Program-made: the position numbers and the translations under genes
Part shown: in pieces, positions 12,501 through 26,600 of the stretch
Layout of the letters: each line of letters opens with the position of its first letter
How positions within the stretch are numbered: position 1 is the first letter of the stretch
The notes under the pieces: generated by a model
Told to the model about the DNA's origin: nothing
The model's input: only the letters and a program-made list of their open reading frames with translations
The model's database searches: none
From: Octopus vulgaris
Lineage: Eukaryota
Direction of reading: 5' to 3'
Length of the DNA stretch: 64,000 nt
Assembly: GCA_951406725.2 (NCBI GenBank)
Contig: OX597814.1
Coordinates: 192,448,001-192,512,000, forward strand

Positions 12501-14884
12501 CATCCAGCTGTAGAAACACTGCCAGATCAGACATGAGCCTGGTGCAGCCTTCATGGCTTACCAGACCCCGGTCGAACCGTCCAACTCATGCTAGCATGGA
12601 AAACGGACGTTAAATGATGATGATGATGATGATGGAATTTTGAAGGAAGCGGTATCCTGACAGCTAGTAACCAATATGGTATTTTCCATTATTTGACAAT
12701 TCTGTGCATGAACATATGTTTCTGAACATTATGGATGCTGCTGTGTTTTTCGTTTTGTGTTTTTCTTTCTTTCATTTTATAAGCTGTCTTTCAAAAAGAT
12801 GGTCGACATTGTTGGAAATATGATGAATAGTCTTGTGAGCTTCTGTCAACTAAGCTTCTAGACAAGACTGCTTTACTTTGTTTAACCCTTTAGCATTTAA
12901 ACCGGCCATATCCGGCCAAAAGTATTCTGCCTGTTTTATGTTCAAACTGGCCAGATCTGGTCTCTCACACCAACCCTACGATATCGTTTTAAAAATTAAC
13001 AGCTACCTCATCAAAACCTCATAGCTACAAGATAATGCATGATTAGTTCAAAACAATGTGGATTAAAAAGCATTGATTTTGGTAGAATAATGCAAACACT
13101 AAAGGGTTAACAATGTTACTTGTTGATTTCTTTAGCTATTAATATCCATGAGACATTCAAAATGTTATCTAGTCATGTTAACATATCTTTTATAAATAAA
13201 TCTTATGCAGGAAATTAACAATTTTACTTTGTACAGTAATTTAAAATTAATAAATCAAAATAAATTGATAGACAATTTTATTGAACACATTTTTAACATT
13301 GATCTGTATGGAAAATAATTTTTACATTCTTAGAACAGAAAATGAACACCACAGTCCAAAACGTAGGAAAATGAAACCTCCTAAATCTTCAGGTGTAAAA
13401 GATATCAAAATGCCCTTAAAATATAGCAACACTTCATTAAAGGTAAGATTTTCTAAACTGATTTATTCCAGCATTTATAATAGAGAAATTGGCATAGGAA
13501 GGGCATCCAGCTGTAACAAAACATATCAAAACAGAGACAGAAGTATGGTGCAGGCTTCTGCTTGGCAAGCTCTTGTCAAACTGTCCAACCCATGCCAGCA
13601 TTGAAGGAGGATGTTAAACAATTATGATGATGATGATGATGAGAGAATTATTTTTTACCTTATACCACAGTGTGGCTGTGTGGTAAGAAACTTGCTTCCC
13701 AACCACATGGTTCTGCATGGCACCTTGGGCAAACATTTTCAACTATAGCCTCAGGCTGGTCAAAGTCTTGTGAGTGGATTCGGCAGATGGAAACTGAAAG
13801 AAGTCTGTTGTCTATATATATCATCATCATCATCATCACCATCATTTAACATCCATGGGTTGGAGACCAGCCTCTCCTCTCCACGCCACCATTGTTATCC
13901 AAGGGAAAGGCAACGGCTGATACAGCTTGGCACCCGTGATATCACAACTCATTACTACAGCTGAGTGAACTGGAGTAACAGGAAATAAAGTGTCTTGCTC
14001 AAGAACACAACATGCAGCCCGGTCTGCAATTTGAACTCACAACCTCACGATTGTAAGCTCAATGCTCTAACCACTGAGCCATGCGCCTTCACATCTGATC
14101 ATGTAATACCCAGTATATGGCCATGCTAGCCTATCACTTAGGATATCCCAGAAAGAGCTGTAAGACTTGAAATTTACCTTACCCTAATTAAATATTCTAA
14201 ATGACTCAAGATACTTGTCCTACCTTGGTTTTTGTTGTATTTTTTCTTCTAATATAATATATACCTGCTAATATAGATGCCAAATATGGTTCCCTAGCTC
14301 CTGGCTCAGCTGTGAGATTGGAAACTAATGGATGACCAATTATAGCACTTACTCAGCATACCTATTCATTTAGATCACCAGTGAACTAAACTACTCATTC
14401 TCATATATACATACATATATATATGTATATATATATATAAATCAGGAATGGAAAACAAAACAATAAATTGAACAACTGTAAATTAAATTCAATTTAGATT
14501 TTTTATACAAACAAATGACACATCTCATAAATTACAGCTGTTTCTGCTTCATTAATAAAACAAAGTTTTTCAAGAATAATCAAATCCGTTTAAATATGTA
14601 ATGATGCTTCATCAGATAGACATATCTGCTTAAATATTTGATGAAAAATATCATTTGAAAATATTTATAATTGTTAAGGCTTTACGAAAACGCTTTATAA
14701 GAGCAAGCTTAATCATAAGTAATTAAATAATCTGAAATTACATAAATTCATAAATTTAAATCTATAAATATTCTATTCTATAACTGATGTATAAGTATGT
14801 ATATGTAAGCATTAAAAAAATATATGTATGTATAAGTATATATATGTGTGTGTGTATATATATGTCTTGTAAACAAGACATATT

Positions 14885-14936
<52 letters not shown>

Positions 14937-15070
14937 TATACATACATATATAAAAATTATATATAATTTTATATATATATATTATATTGTGTGAAATTTG
15001 ATTTAGTATTTCTAAATTGAATTTTTTTCCCTGTAAGTTAGGATTAATATTGCCTCAAATAATTATTATT

Positions 15071-15105
<35 letters not shown>

Positions 15106-15111
15106 CATTTT

Positions 15112-15206
<95 letters not shown>

Positions 15207-18200
15207 ATGTATGTGTGTGTGTTGTTTTTGTGCTTTTTTTCTGTCAGCAAACAAACGAAGGTGGAACTAAGACATTAAAACCAGAAAAGTACCCGAGGAC
15301 AATGACTAAAACTTCACTTCAAAGTAGCATTGGAAGCCAAGCAGAGAAAGAAGAGGTTCAGGAGAAAATATTACAAGATTTTTCAATGGCAAAAAAGCAA
15401 CTCAAGGTATGGTTAAGTGTGTTACTGTTGTACAACGTGGTGATTTATATTATTAAATTGTATATGCTCTGAGAAACAAAATAATTATTCAGTAACATGA
15501 GTTTGTTTCATTTTTAAAATTTCATTATAAGCTATGATAGTTACTGTAGAGGCGCAATGGCCTAGTGGTTAGGGCAGCGGACTCGCGGTCGCAGGATCGC
15601 GGTTTCGATTCTCAGACCGGGCGTTGTGTGTGTTTATTGAGCGAAAACACCTAAAAGCTCTACGAGGCTCCGGCAGGGGGTGGTGATCCCTGCTGTACTC
15701 TTTCACCACAATGGCGGTGCCCCAGCATGGCCACAGCTCAAGAGCTGAAACTGGAAAAACAAAAAACAAAAACAAACAATACTCTTTTACTCTTTTACTT
15801 GTTTCAGTCATTTGACTGCAGCCATGCTGGAGCACCGCCTTTAGTCGAGCAAATCGACCCCGGGGCTTATTCTTTGTAAGCCCGGTACTTATTCTATCGG
15901 TCTCTTTTGCCAAACCGCTAAGTGACGGGGACGTAAACACACCAGCATCGGTTGTCAAGCAATGCTAGGGGGACAAACACAAACACACAAACACACACAC
16001 ACATATATATATATACATATATACGACAGTCTTCTTTCAGTTTCCGTCTACCAAATCCACTCACAAGGCATTGGTCGGCCCGGGGCTATAGCAGAAGACA
16101 CTTGCCCAAGATACCACGCAGTGGGACTGAACCCGGAACCATGTGGTTGGTTAGCAAGCTACTTACCACACAGCCACTCCTGCGCCTATATTAATTTATC
16201 ATAACTAGTATAAATAATAATAATGAAATTATTGTATACAGTGCTCAGGTGCACCACAACTTGTCAAAAAGTGTGTATAAATTATATGCAGTAATGTACA
16301 AATGTCTGGAAAGTGAACAGTCAGATACATGCTTGCGTGTGTATGGAGGGGAGAAAATCAGGTGTAGTGTTGGTGAATCTCAGGAAGCATGGAAGTTTTG
16401 AAGGATGCAGTGCTCCGACAACTAACAACTGATGCTGGCAGTTTGTTCCATGCTACAGTAACTCTTAGCGTGAAAAAATGTTTCTGAAAGTCATGGGAGC
16501 TGTGCTGTTTTCTGACTTTGTAAACATGTCCACGGGTGTTAGACAGATGGAGTTTAAAAAGGTGCTCAGAGTTATTGTTTGTAAGATGGCTAATAATTTT
16601 ATGGGTGTCTGCCAAGTCAGCTGCCAGATGTCGGAGTTTCAATGTGTCCATTCCCAGGGAAGTAAGGTGTTCAGAATAAGGCAGATACCTGATGGAGGGT
16701 TTTCTCTTGGTTGCACGTCGCTGAATGGCTTCCAGATGATTAATATCCTGGGTAAGATAGGGGTTCCAGACCGGTGATGCAAATTCCAGGTGAGGTCGTA
16801 GTATTAACCAGTGCATGTTTTTTTCAATAGTCCCCAGCATGTTATGAGTTACTTTGCTGAATTAGGAGAGTAACAGCTTGCTGACTTGATAGGGAATCAA
16901 TCTACAAGCCAAATGTTTTCATAATTCATATTATGTTGTCAGTGCTATGCTATTTCCATATCCAAAGCAATTCATTCTTGCTGGTCTATCCTTCCCTGTA
17001 GTAAATAACTTACCATATTTTCCAGCATACAAGTTGATGTAGTATATGAGGGTGTGCTGAAAAGTGCATGGCTTTGGGTAAAAGAAAATACAAGAAGATC
17101 AGTTAATTATGATTTTATCCAACATATTCCCCTCTCAGAGTCACACACTTATTGCAGCTTACACTCTGTCGAACATGCAAACTGACATTGCACATCTAGC
17201 ACATACTGGCTTCATTTCTTTCAAGCCTACACATGTCCTCAGCATTCATGGCCCATGTTTCACTGTTGTATAGGATAGTCATTCACACACAGGCATCATA
17301 CAATCTACCTTTCACTCTGAGAGAGAGGCCCTTTGTTTCCAGCAGAGGTAGGAGCTCACTGAGCTTTGCTCAGCCTAATCTTATTCGCACAGGTACGCTC
17401 TCAGTGCATCCACCACTTCTACTAACTTGGTCATCTAGATAACGGAAGCTGTTTACTACCTCTAGCTTACCCACCTGGCAGTTGATAGATTCTATTTTCT
17501 GTACATTTTCGCTGTCTATAGTACCTGTGCATCTTCCACACACAAAAGCTATTTTCCCTGTTAACCTTCCTCTGATACTACTGCACCGCTTATGTTTCCA
17601 TAGCTTACACCAGGTACATCTAAAGGAGTTTCTACCTATGCCTTTTCTACAGATTGAGCAGGGCCATCTACCTGAAGGGATTTGTGATTTGTCTGCTTTC
17701 CTACTTACTAAGACTTTGGTTTTTGCTAGGTTAACTCAAAGGCCCTTCGATTCTAAACCTTGCTTCCATACCTGAAACTTCTCTAGTTCTGGGAGTGATT
17801 CAGCTACAAGAACAAGGTCATCAGCATAGAGGAGCTCCCAGGGACAGCCTGTCTTGAATTCCTATGTTATTGCCTAGCAGACTATGACGAACAAGTGGGG
17901 GCTGAGGGCTGATCCTTGGTGAACCCATACTTGTATCCTGAATTCTCTGCTGCACTTGTTGCCAGTTCTATTTTTCTTATTTGTACCACCAAACCTATAT
18001 ATATATGTGAATCATTGGCAATTTTTTTCTTCTGTCTTCCTTCTCTCTTGGACCTTCCTCTGTCTCCTGTTTCTCACAAAGAGCTTTGCTTGAAATGTAA
18101 AACCACCTTTCTTTCCTTCCCTGAGCATCTGCTAATACTTTGCAAGTACCACATCCTCGCGTTGTTGTTTTTTCTTGTATTTGTTCTTCTTTTTTTCGGT

Positions 18201-18210
18201 GGGGATTTAT

Positions 18211-18268
<58 letters not shown>

Positions 18269-21200
18269 TATTCAAATGCCATATTCAAATGGCAAATATG
18301 CGTCACTATATATATATATATATATATAGTGACGCATATTTGCCATTTGAATATGGCTAACCCCTAAGGGTGGATGCTACTGTAGTTTATAGCCCCAGGA
18401 AGATACTTCCTCCAGCTACAAACTACAGTAGCATCCACCCTTAGGGTTAGCCATATTCAAATGGCAAATATGCATCACGATGTGTTACCGCTACTGTTTA
18501 TAACTCGCTCTGAGATTTATCATTATATATATATATATATATATATATATTCAGTTGTGTCTGGGGAGAATGGTAAAATTACCACTTATTTTTATTTTCC
18601 TAAAATTTTCATTGCGTCTTGCAACCTTTTCAATAGTCTTGACTCTCAAGACTATTGAAAAGGTTGCAAGACGCAACGAAAAATTTCAGGAAAATAAAAA
18701 TATGAAATAAGTGGAAATTTTACCGGTGAGTGTGTTACATTATAAGGCACAAAAAGAAAATGACTCTTCCCCAGACACAACAGAATATGCTTCAACACAC
18801 AAACTCACATAAAGAATCTTGCAAACCAAATCCAAAAACGAAATATATATATATATATAATCCACTAAAGTTTGGGCTTCTTCTTTAATAATTACTAGGA
18901 GTCACAAAAATCAGTTGACTGCAAAGATGTAATACTTGACAGTGATGGAAACATAGTAGGGATGAGCAAATTAGATCCAGATCAACTACCATCCAATCGG
19001 TATGTATCTTCTCTTTTATCTTTTAATAGTTTTAGTCATTAGAGTATGGCCATGCTGGGGCACCACCTTGTAGAAGTTTTAGTCAAATGTATCGATCCCA
19101 GTACTTATTTTTTTTATAAGCCTGGTACTTATTGTACCAGTCTCTTTTGCCAAACCACTAAGTTACGGTGATGTAAACACACCAGCAGCGGTTGTCAAGT
19201 TGTGGTGGGCAGACAAACACTAACACACACACACACACACACTCGACTGGCTTCTTTCAGTTTCCATCTACCAAATCCACTCACAAGGCTTTGGTCGGCT
19301 TGAGGCTATAGTAGAAGATACTTGTCCAAGGTACCATGCTGTGGGACTGAACCCTGAACCATGTGGTTGGGAAACAAGCTTTTTACCACACAGCCACACC
19401 TGTGTCTATGTGCAAAAAAAAAAAAAAATGAAGTATTTTAAGAACTGAAAAGAGGATGTAAAGCATCTCACTTTTAAAAATATTGCTGAACCCTAATCTT
19501 TAATTAAAGGTACTTAAAAAAACTGATTACTTGTGCAAGTGTTTTCAGTTGAAGGCTTTGTTTACCACAGGATCGCCAGGAGAGAATGCATCCTATTTTA
19601 GGGCCTCTTTTCTGGTGGCTTTACAGTGCACTGTTTCAGGGCCCCTCTCTTGATGGTTATAGTGCACTTCCTCCTCCTCTTCTGCTTCAATGATGTGAGG
19701 CCCCCACCTACTAGATTGACTGACTTATTTGATTTAAAACCCATTTTGAGATCATCAGGACCATTCAAGTTCTGAAACCTATTTCTTTATTACCCACAAG
19801 GGGCTAAACACAGAGGGGACAAACAAGGACAGATATAGGTATTAAGTCGATTACATCGACCCCAGTGCGTAACTGGTACTTAATTTATCGACCTCGAAAG
19901 GATGAAAGGCAAAGTCGACCTCGGCGGAATTTGAACTCACAACGTAACGCAGACGAAATACCGCTAAGCATTTCGCCCGGCGTGCTAACGTTTCTGCCAG
20001 CTCGCCGTTCTGAAACCATACAGGGCTGTTTTGCCATGTAGGCAAACAAATACCTGTCTCACACCCATCCATCACGTCTCCAGCCAGGTTACATCAATCC
20101 TTTCCTACCGTATCCAAGGGCTGGCTCTCTCAACTGAATTTATAGTTACAGTAACCAGAGCTGGATAATGACACAAGCCAATTAAACTATAACTTAGAGT
20201 CTCACAGTCTTAGAATTCTTTTATATCCATTATAGTTTTAGTATAGTTTAACCCTTTAGCATTCAGATTACTGTCAAATGTTGAGACCCCCTTCGGTCAT
20301 GACTGGCCATGGGATTGCACTTAGAAAGTTACCCTCCGAGGCACAAGTCCAGGCAAGGTTGTTTATGGAAGACCAGCAATCGCCCATGCATACTGGCCTC
20401 CCCTCTCACGCCATCAATGTTATCCAAGGGAAAGGCAAAAGCTGATACAGCTTGGCACCTGTGATGTCACCACTCATTTCTACAGCTGAGTGAACTGGAG
20501 CAACGTGAAATAAAGTGTCTTGCTCAAGAACACAACATGCAGCCTGGTCCGGGATTTGAACTCACAACCTCATGATCGTAAGCTCGACGCTCTAACCACT
20601 CAGCCATGTGCCTTCACTGTCAAATGTAATGCTTATTTATTCACATTATTTTGACTTTATAATAGATTATCTTGTAGCTTTGAGATTTCAGTGAGGTGAT
20701 TGTTTATTTTTAGAATGACATTGTTAGGTAGGTTTGAAGGCCTGATCTGGCCAGTTTGATCATAAAGCTGGCAGAATATTTGGGCCCGACATGGCCAGTT
20801 TGATACTTAAAGAAGTGTAGCATACACTTGAGTGAAATTTCTCTCCCCTTTGTTATATATACATATATTTGAAAGTAGCAGATAACAGCTAACCTTTGGC
20901 CACTATTTGGATCCCTTTGTGTCCACTACTCTGGTTGGTATTGGTGCAATTTGTCCTTACTCTGTCACATCAATATGCAGCATATAACCAATCAGAGCCC
21001 CTAAATAAGATCACATGAGACAGCCTTTTCTCAACCCTGTTGAGCCTACTGTTCCTTATAAAAACTCACCTTCACCTCATCTCGAAGTCTTTGGTTCCAG
21101 ACCTTTTAAGGTCTAGACACTGACTACACAAGACACAGCCAGTTCCAGTGACAACGCCAGAGGACAATACCTGTCAAACAATAACATGCCCAGGTTTCAA

Positions 21201-23589
21201 CAAAGCACTATTTGTGAATTACTTCACCATGGTTAACAGCAAATATACAACCTGTGAGAACTCCTGTACAAGTAACCCAGGCAGCAGCATTACAGCCACA
21301 ACTTCATACAATACATACTGCAACCAGCTGTGCATCATCGCCACAACTTCTTGATACAGTATTTCAATCACCATGTACAATTGACTACAAACTCTTATTT
21401 CTCATTCTTGTGTCTATGAACATTCGTTTAACTTGTCATTATAGACTCTTTTACTTTCTCTTTCATTGTTATTCTTATATGTAGCACATGCATGCATCCA
21501 TGTCTATGCACACAAACAATTTGTTCTCATGACAGCCTGTCTATTATTCTGTATACATAACACACACAGACACAACATGTTAAGGTGCCAATAAAACCTC
21601 TCTCTTTTCCAACTGGCACATTATATGTATTATTCCAGCCTTCTGAACAGAGTCTTTATTAGATGGTTTCACCACCTGAGACATTGACCATCTAAAGGGA
21701 TACTGTAAGTAAGACTTGTGAGTTGGATGGAATGCACTGTTAATTCAAAGATGTAATCCTTGTCACACATTGTGCAATGCTGATACTGCCTAAAAATGAT
21801 GTTATGGGCACACATGTGTATGGAATACTCAACCACTTGTACACTCATTCAATGACCAGATAATTCAGTTGATTTGAATTATCTGAATGTTCATCTTCAA
21901 AACTAACTGAAAACCACCCAGCCAGTTAGCAAGTCATTCAACTAAATCTTCTGGCAGCTGGTAGAAACGTTAGCGTGCTGGGCGAAATGCTTAGCAGGAT
22001 TTCGTTTGCCATTACATTCTGAGTTCAAATTCCGCTGAGGTCGACTTTGCCTTTCATCCTTTCGGGGTTGATAAATTAAGTACCAGTTACTCACTGGGGT
22101 CGATATAATCGACTTAATCCGTTTGTCCCCTCTGTGTTTAGCCCCATGTGGGTAGTAAAGAAATATATATCTTCTATCCTCTATCTTTTGCTTGTTTCAA
22201 TCATTGAACTGTGGCCATGCTGGAGCACTGCCCTGAAGTGTGTAATAGTCACATTAATAGACCTTACCCAGTACGTATTTGATAAGTCTTACATGTTCTA
22301 TCAATCTCTTTTGCTGAACTCCTAATTTATGGGAATGTAATCAAACCGACACTGGTTGTCAAGCATGGGGTCACACAAACACATACATACACATACACAC
22401 ACACACACATACACACACAAATACACACACACATACACACACACATGATGGGCTTCCATACAGTTTCTGTCTACCAAATTCATTCACAAGGCATTGGTCA
22501 GCCTGGGGCTATAGCACAAGACTCTTGCCCAAGGTGCTGTTCTGTGGCACTGAACCCCAAATCACATGGTTACAAGGTAAGTTTCAGAACCACACAGACA
22601 AGCCTGTGCCTATACAACAGTAATATTTTCAAATTCATGTTTTTTTGCAGAGTCAGAGTGAAGTACCACATTCAAGAATGCTCAATTCCTAAAAAAGTTA
22701 TAAAACCTACAAAATCATTTAAATATCCAGAAAATAAGATGTTTAGCAAATATATATTTCGAAGGCCTCAACAAGGTGAGTAAACAACAAAAATACATGT
22801 AGTCTCGTTTATCACTGATTGATACTCTTTTTTCTCTTTACTCTGTAACAGGATCTGGTATCGGTATCACTGAAAGGGTGTCGATCCGATCCCGTCACAT
22901 ACAATTTAGTAAGATATAACAGACGAAGTCAGGTTGTTGGTGAAAGACAGCAGTTTGTTTATTAATTGCGATGGTGTACGTATATCTGATGGGAAAACGA
23001 CAGCCGAATCTGTTGTACAGCTTCTTGTTCGTTGGTTGAAGTGGTTCGATGTCGTCCGCGGCTAAGTCGGTGTGGTTATCAGAGACTACCAATGCACGTC
23101 TGTTCACGATGGCTGAAATGCCCAGTGAGGGTGAAGGAGTCTAGTGGGCCTTAGGGATCAGTTTCCCGCTCATGCGCATGGGGAAGACTTCCGGTGGCCA
23201 CCCGGAAGTAGTCCCATTCTGCGCATGCGCGCTGAACCCTACACAGTAGCATCACTACAATTCTTTTACTTGTTTCAGTCATTTGACTGTGGCCATGCTG
23301 GAGCACCGCCTTTAGTCGAGCAAATCGACCCCAAGACTTATTTTCTTTGTAAGCCTAGTACTTATTCTATCGTTCTCTTTTGCCGAACTGCTAAGTTACG
23401 GGGATGTAAACACACCAGCATCGGTTGTCAAGCGATGTTGGGTGCACAAACACAGACACACAAACATATACACACACATAAATACATATATATACATATA
23501 TATATATCATCATCATCATCATCATCGTTTAACGTCCGTTCTCCATGCTAGCATGGGTTGGATGGTTCGACCGGGGATCTGGGAAGCCA

Positions 23590-23635
<46 letters not shown>

Positions 23636-26600
23636 GTATATATACATATATACGACAGGCTTCTTTCAGTTTCTGTCTACCAAATCCACTCACAAGGCTT
23701 TGGTTGGCCCAAGGCTATAGTAAAAGACATTTGCCCTAGGTGCTACGCAGTGGGACTGAACCCAGAACCATGTGGTTGGTAAGCAAGCTACTTACCACAC
23801 AGCCAATCCTGCACCTACATCTGTGACTAAAGAGGAGATAACCACTCGAAACTGATGCATCTCACAGTCTTGATAGGTGGTGTTGTAAACTGATTTAGAT
23901 GTGTTTACACTATTTCTCTACAGCAAAAAAATTTCTCTATGACAAAGCACATTGAATGGCCTGTTTACAAGTTCAAATGTGTCATAAGCATATTTGAACA
24001 GATTTGTAATCTTTTTGTAATGTTAGTGCTGCTGTGGTGGTTTTGTTTTATTGTCGAGGAAGCGGAGGCCTACCACACGCCGATGATAGGCAATACACCT
24101 TGAAACCATGGTCCATGTGTGGTTTCCGCTTCATCGGGGAATTACCTCCCTTTGCAGGTTAAGGGCACCGTGACGGTGTCGAGCCTTTCTGGTGACGTCG
24201 ATGTTCGCCTGGGGCTAAATGCAACAGTAACACCCCCACCACCCTGCCCTGTCCCTAGCCATATTCAGATGGCTTTAGTCCCTTATGTTATCGAGCAGTT
24301 ACTGTCTATATCCCTTTTAGAGAATTATTATTGCTATATATATATATATATATATATATAAGAATGAATGTTTTTATATATAATGAACGTGAAACACAGG
24401 AAGGGACGAAACTGCCAGCCTCGTCTGGCACCTGTGTCGGTGGCACATAAAATCACCCACTACACTCTCGGAGTGGTTGGCGTTAGGAAGGGCATCCAGC
24501 TGTAGAAACACTGCCACATCTGACTGGCCTGGTGCAGCCTTCGGGCTTCCCAGACCCCAGTTGAACCGTCCAACCCATGCTAGCATGGAAAGCGGACGTT
24601 AAACGATGATGATGATGATGATGATGTTGCTACTGTTGTTGTCTCTGTTTTATCATCAAATATTTGACAGCTGTGTATTTAAAAGTTTCACTTTGTGACC
24701 ATGTGGTTGTAGTGACGCCATTTTGGAAGTCTTCAGCGTGCATGCACAGTGTTTGATTTCTTCTGGTAGGCCACCGGAAGTTCCCTCATGCACATGTGCA
24801 GAGAACTACCAACAGCAAGATTTCCCGCTGTATCGATCTCTTTTGAAGCTGCAGCCGAATTGAACGGACGCATCCTCATGGCTCTCCCAAGTAAGCCAAC
24901 ACGTGACGAAGCCACACTACGCTTGAACAAGACAGCATTTGGCTCACACCATTTTAACATCTGTGTCTAGCTCCCATGGCTACCGGTTCACCCTGAAGGG
25001 AATATATGTATCATCATCATCATCATCGTTTAACGTCCGTTCTCCATGCTAGCATGAGTTGGACGGTTCGACCGGGGATCTGGGAAGCCAGAAGGCTGCA
25101 CCAGGCTCCAGTCTTATCTGGCAATGTCTCTACAGCTGGATGCCCTTCCTAACGCCAACCACTCTGTGAGTGTAGTGGGTGCTTTTTACGTGCCACCCGC
25201 ACGTATATATATTATTATCAAATCCAGGAAATAAATATTATTTATGCTGTTGAAGATATTCAAAGTCTTGGTTTTCCTTCGACAAATAATTTAATGTAAG
25301 GGATGAGACCTGCACCCCTCAAGTGTTCCAGACCTTACATCCTGTTACATGGTTTTGGGTTCGGTCCTACTGCTCATTACCTTTGCCAAGTCAACTGTCT
25401 TCTAGCACAATCCTGGGCAGACCAAAGCCTTGTAAGTGAATTTGTTAGATGGAAACTGAAAAGGAGCCTAGTGTGTGTGTGTCTTTGCTAATTGTACCCC
25501 ATCATTCATTTGTTTGCAATCTTCCATGAAAACATGTCTGGACTAACAGAAAATATTTCCCTTGCTTGGAAACAGATGAGGGTTGGCAACAGAAAGAGCC
25601 TCCAGTTGTAGTAAGTTCAACCTCAATGAATAACATCTGACTTATGCAGGCATCGAAAAGAGAATGTTGAAACAATGATGATAATGGTGGTGGTATAGAC
25701 TGAACCTGAAACCATGTTGTTGTTAAGTAAGCTTCTTATCCACACAGCTACAATTATTTTTTTAGATTATTATTATATGAGTAGCAATATTTTGGCAGAA
25801 TTGCTACTACACTGGGCTAAATGCTAAGAGGCATTTTGTCCATCTTTATGTTCTGAGGTCAAATTCCACCGAGATCAACTTTACCTTTCATTCTTTGGTT
25901 GGGAGGGTCAACAAAATAAATACCGATCAAGCACTGAGGGTCAATGTAATTGACTTACTGATCCTGTGCCAAAATTTGAAATTAATATTTATTATTTCCT
26001 TTACAGGCAAGTTGCCAAAGAAAAATAGTCATTTTGGCACATCAGAATATGTATTATCATCAAACTTTTTATCACTGGTAAGAATATTATTATCATTTTT
26101 TGATCATTAGAAAGTGAATTTTTATGTATGCATGTTTAGCCCCAGGTCAGCTCTGATTGAGCAGACTTGTGATGAAACATGAAAATGTATGTTTAAGATT
26201 AGATTGGCTTTTTAAGATTATAAGGTGTGATTTGAGAATAGGTTGGTAGTTATTTCTAGCAGATTGCATGACCTCATAAAAGCTCTCTCATGAGTTCAAA
26301 TAGAAGCTTTCATCAGAGATTAAGAAGTACATGTTCAACTGACTAATCTAACCAGGCAACTAACCTAGTCTGTAAGAACACAAGATTCTGGGTCATATAT
26401 TGTGCATATCTGTGGTTGATGTTATTGTGCAGCCCTTGTCAACTGTGGTTTAGCAAAGCTGTATATGCATGAGTGGCTGAGCACTACAATGTAACAATAC
26501 ATTAGTGTGACCCCTAAAAGAAAAGTCTACAGTATTTGTTTTCTTTTTCAAAAGGGGCGTAACCATCCCACTTATGCGTACCTTTTCCTTCTTTGGACAC

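Noticed and set aside
15017-15472. 151-aa ORF
   Set aside because: Mostly (TA)n; only 15248-15406 is a real exon.
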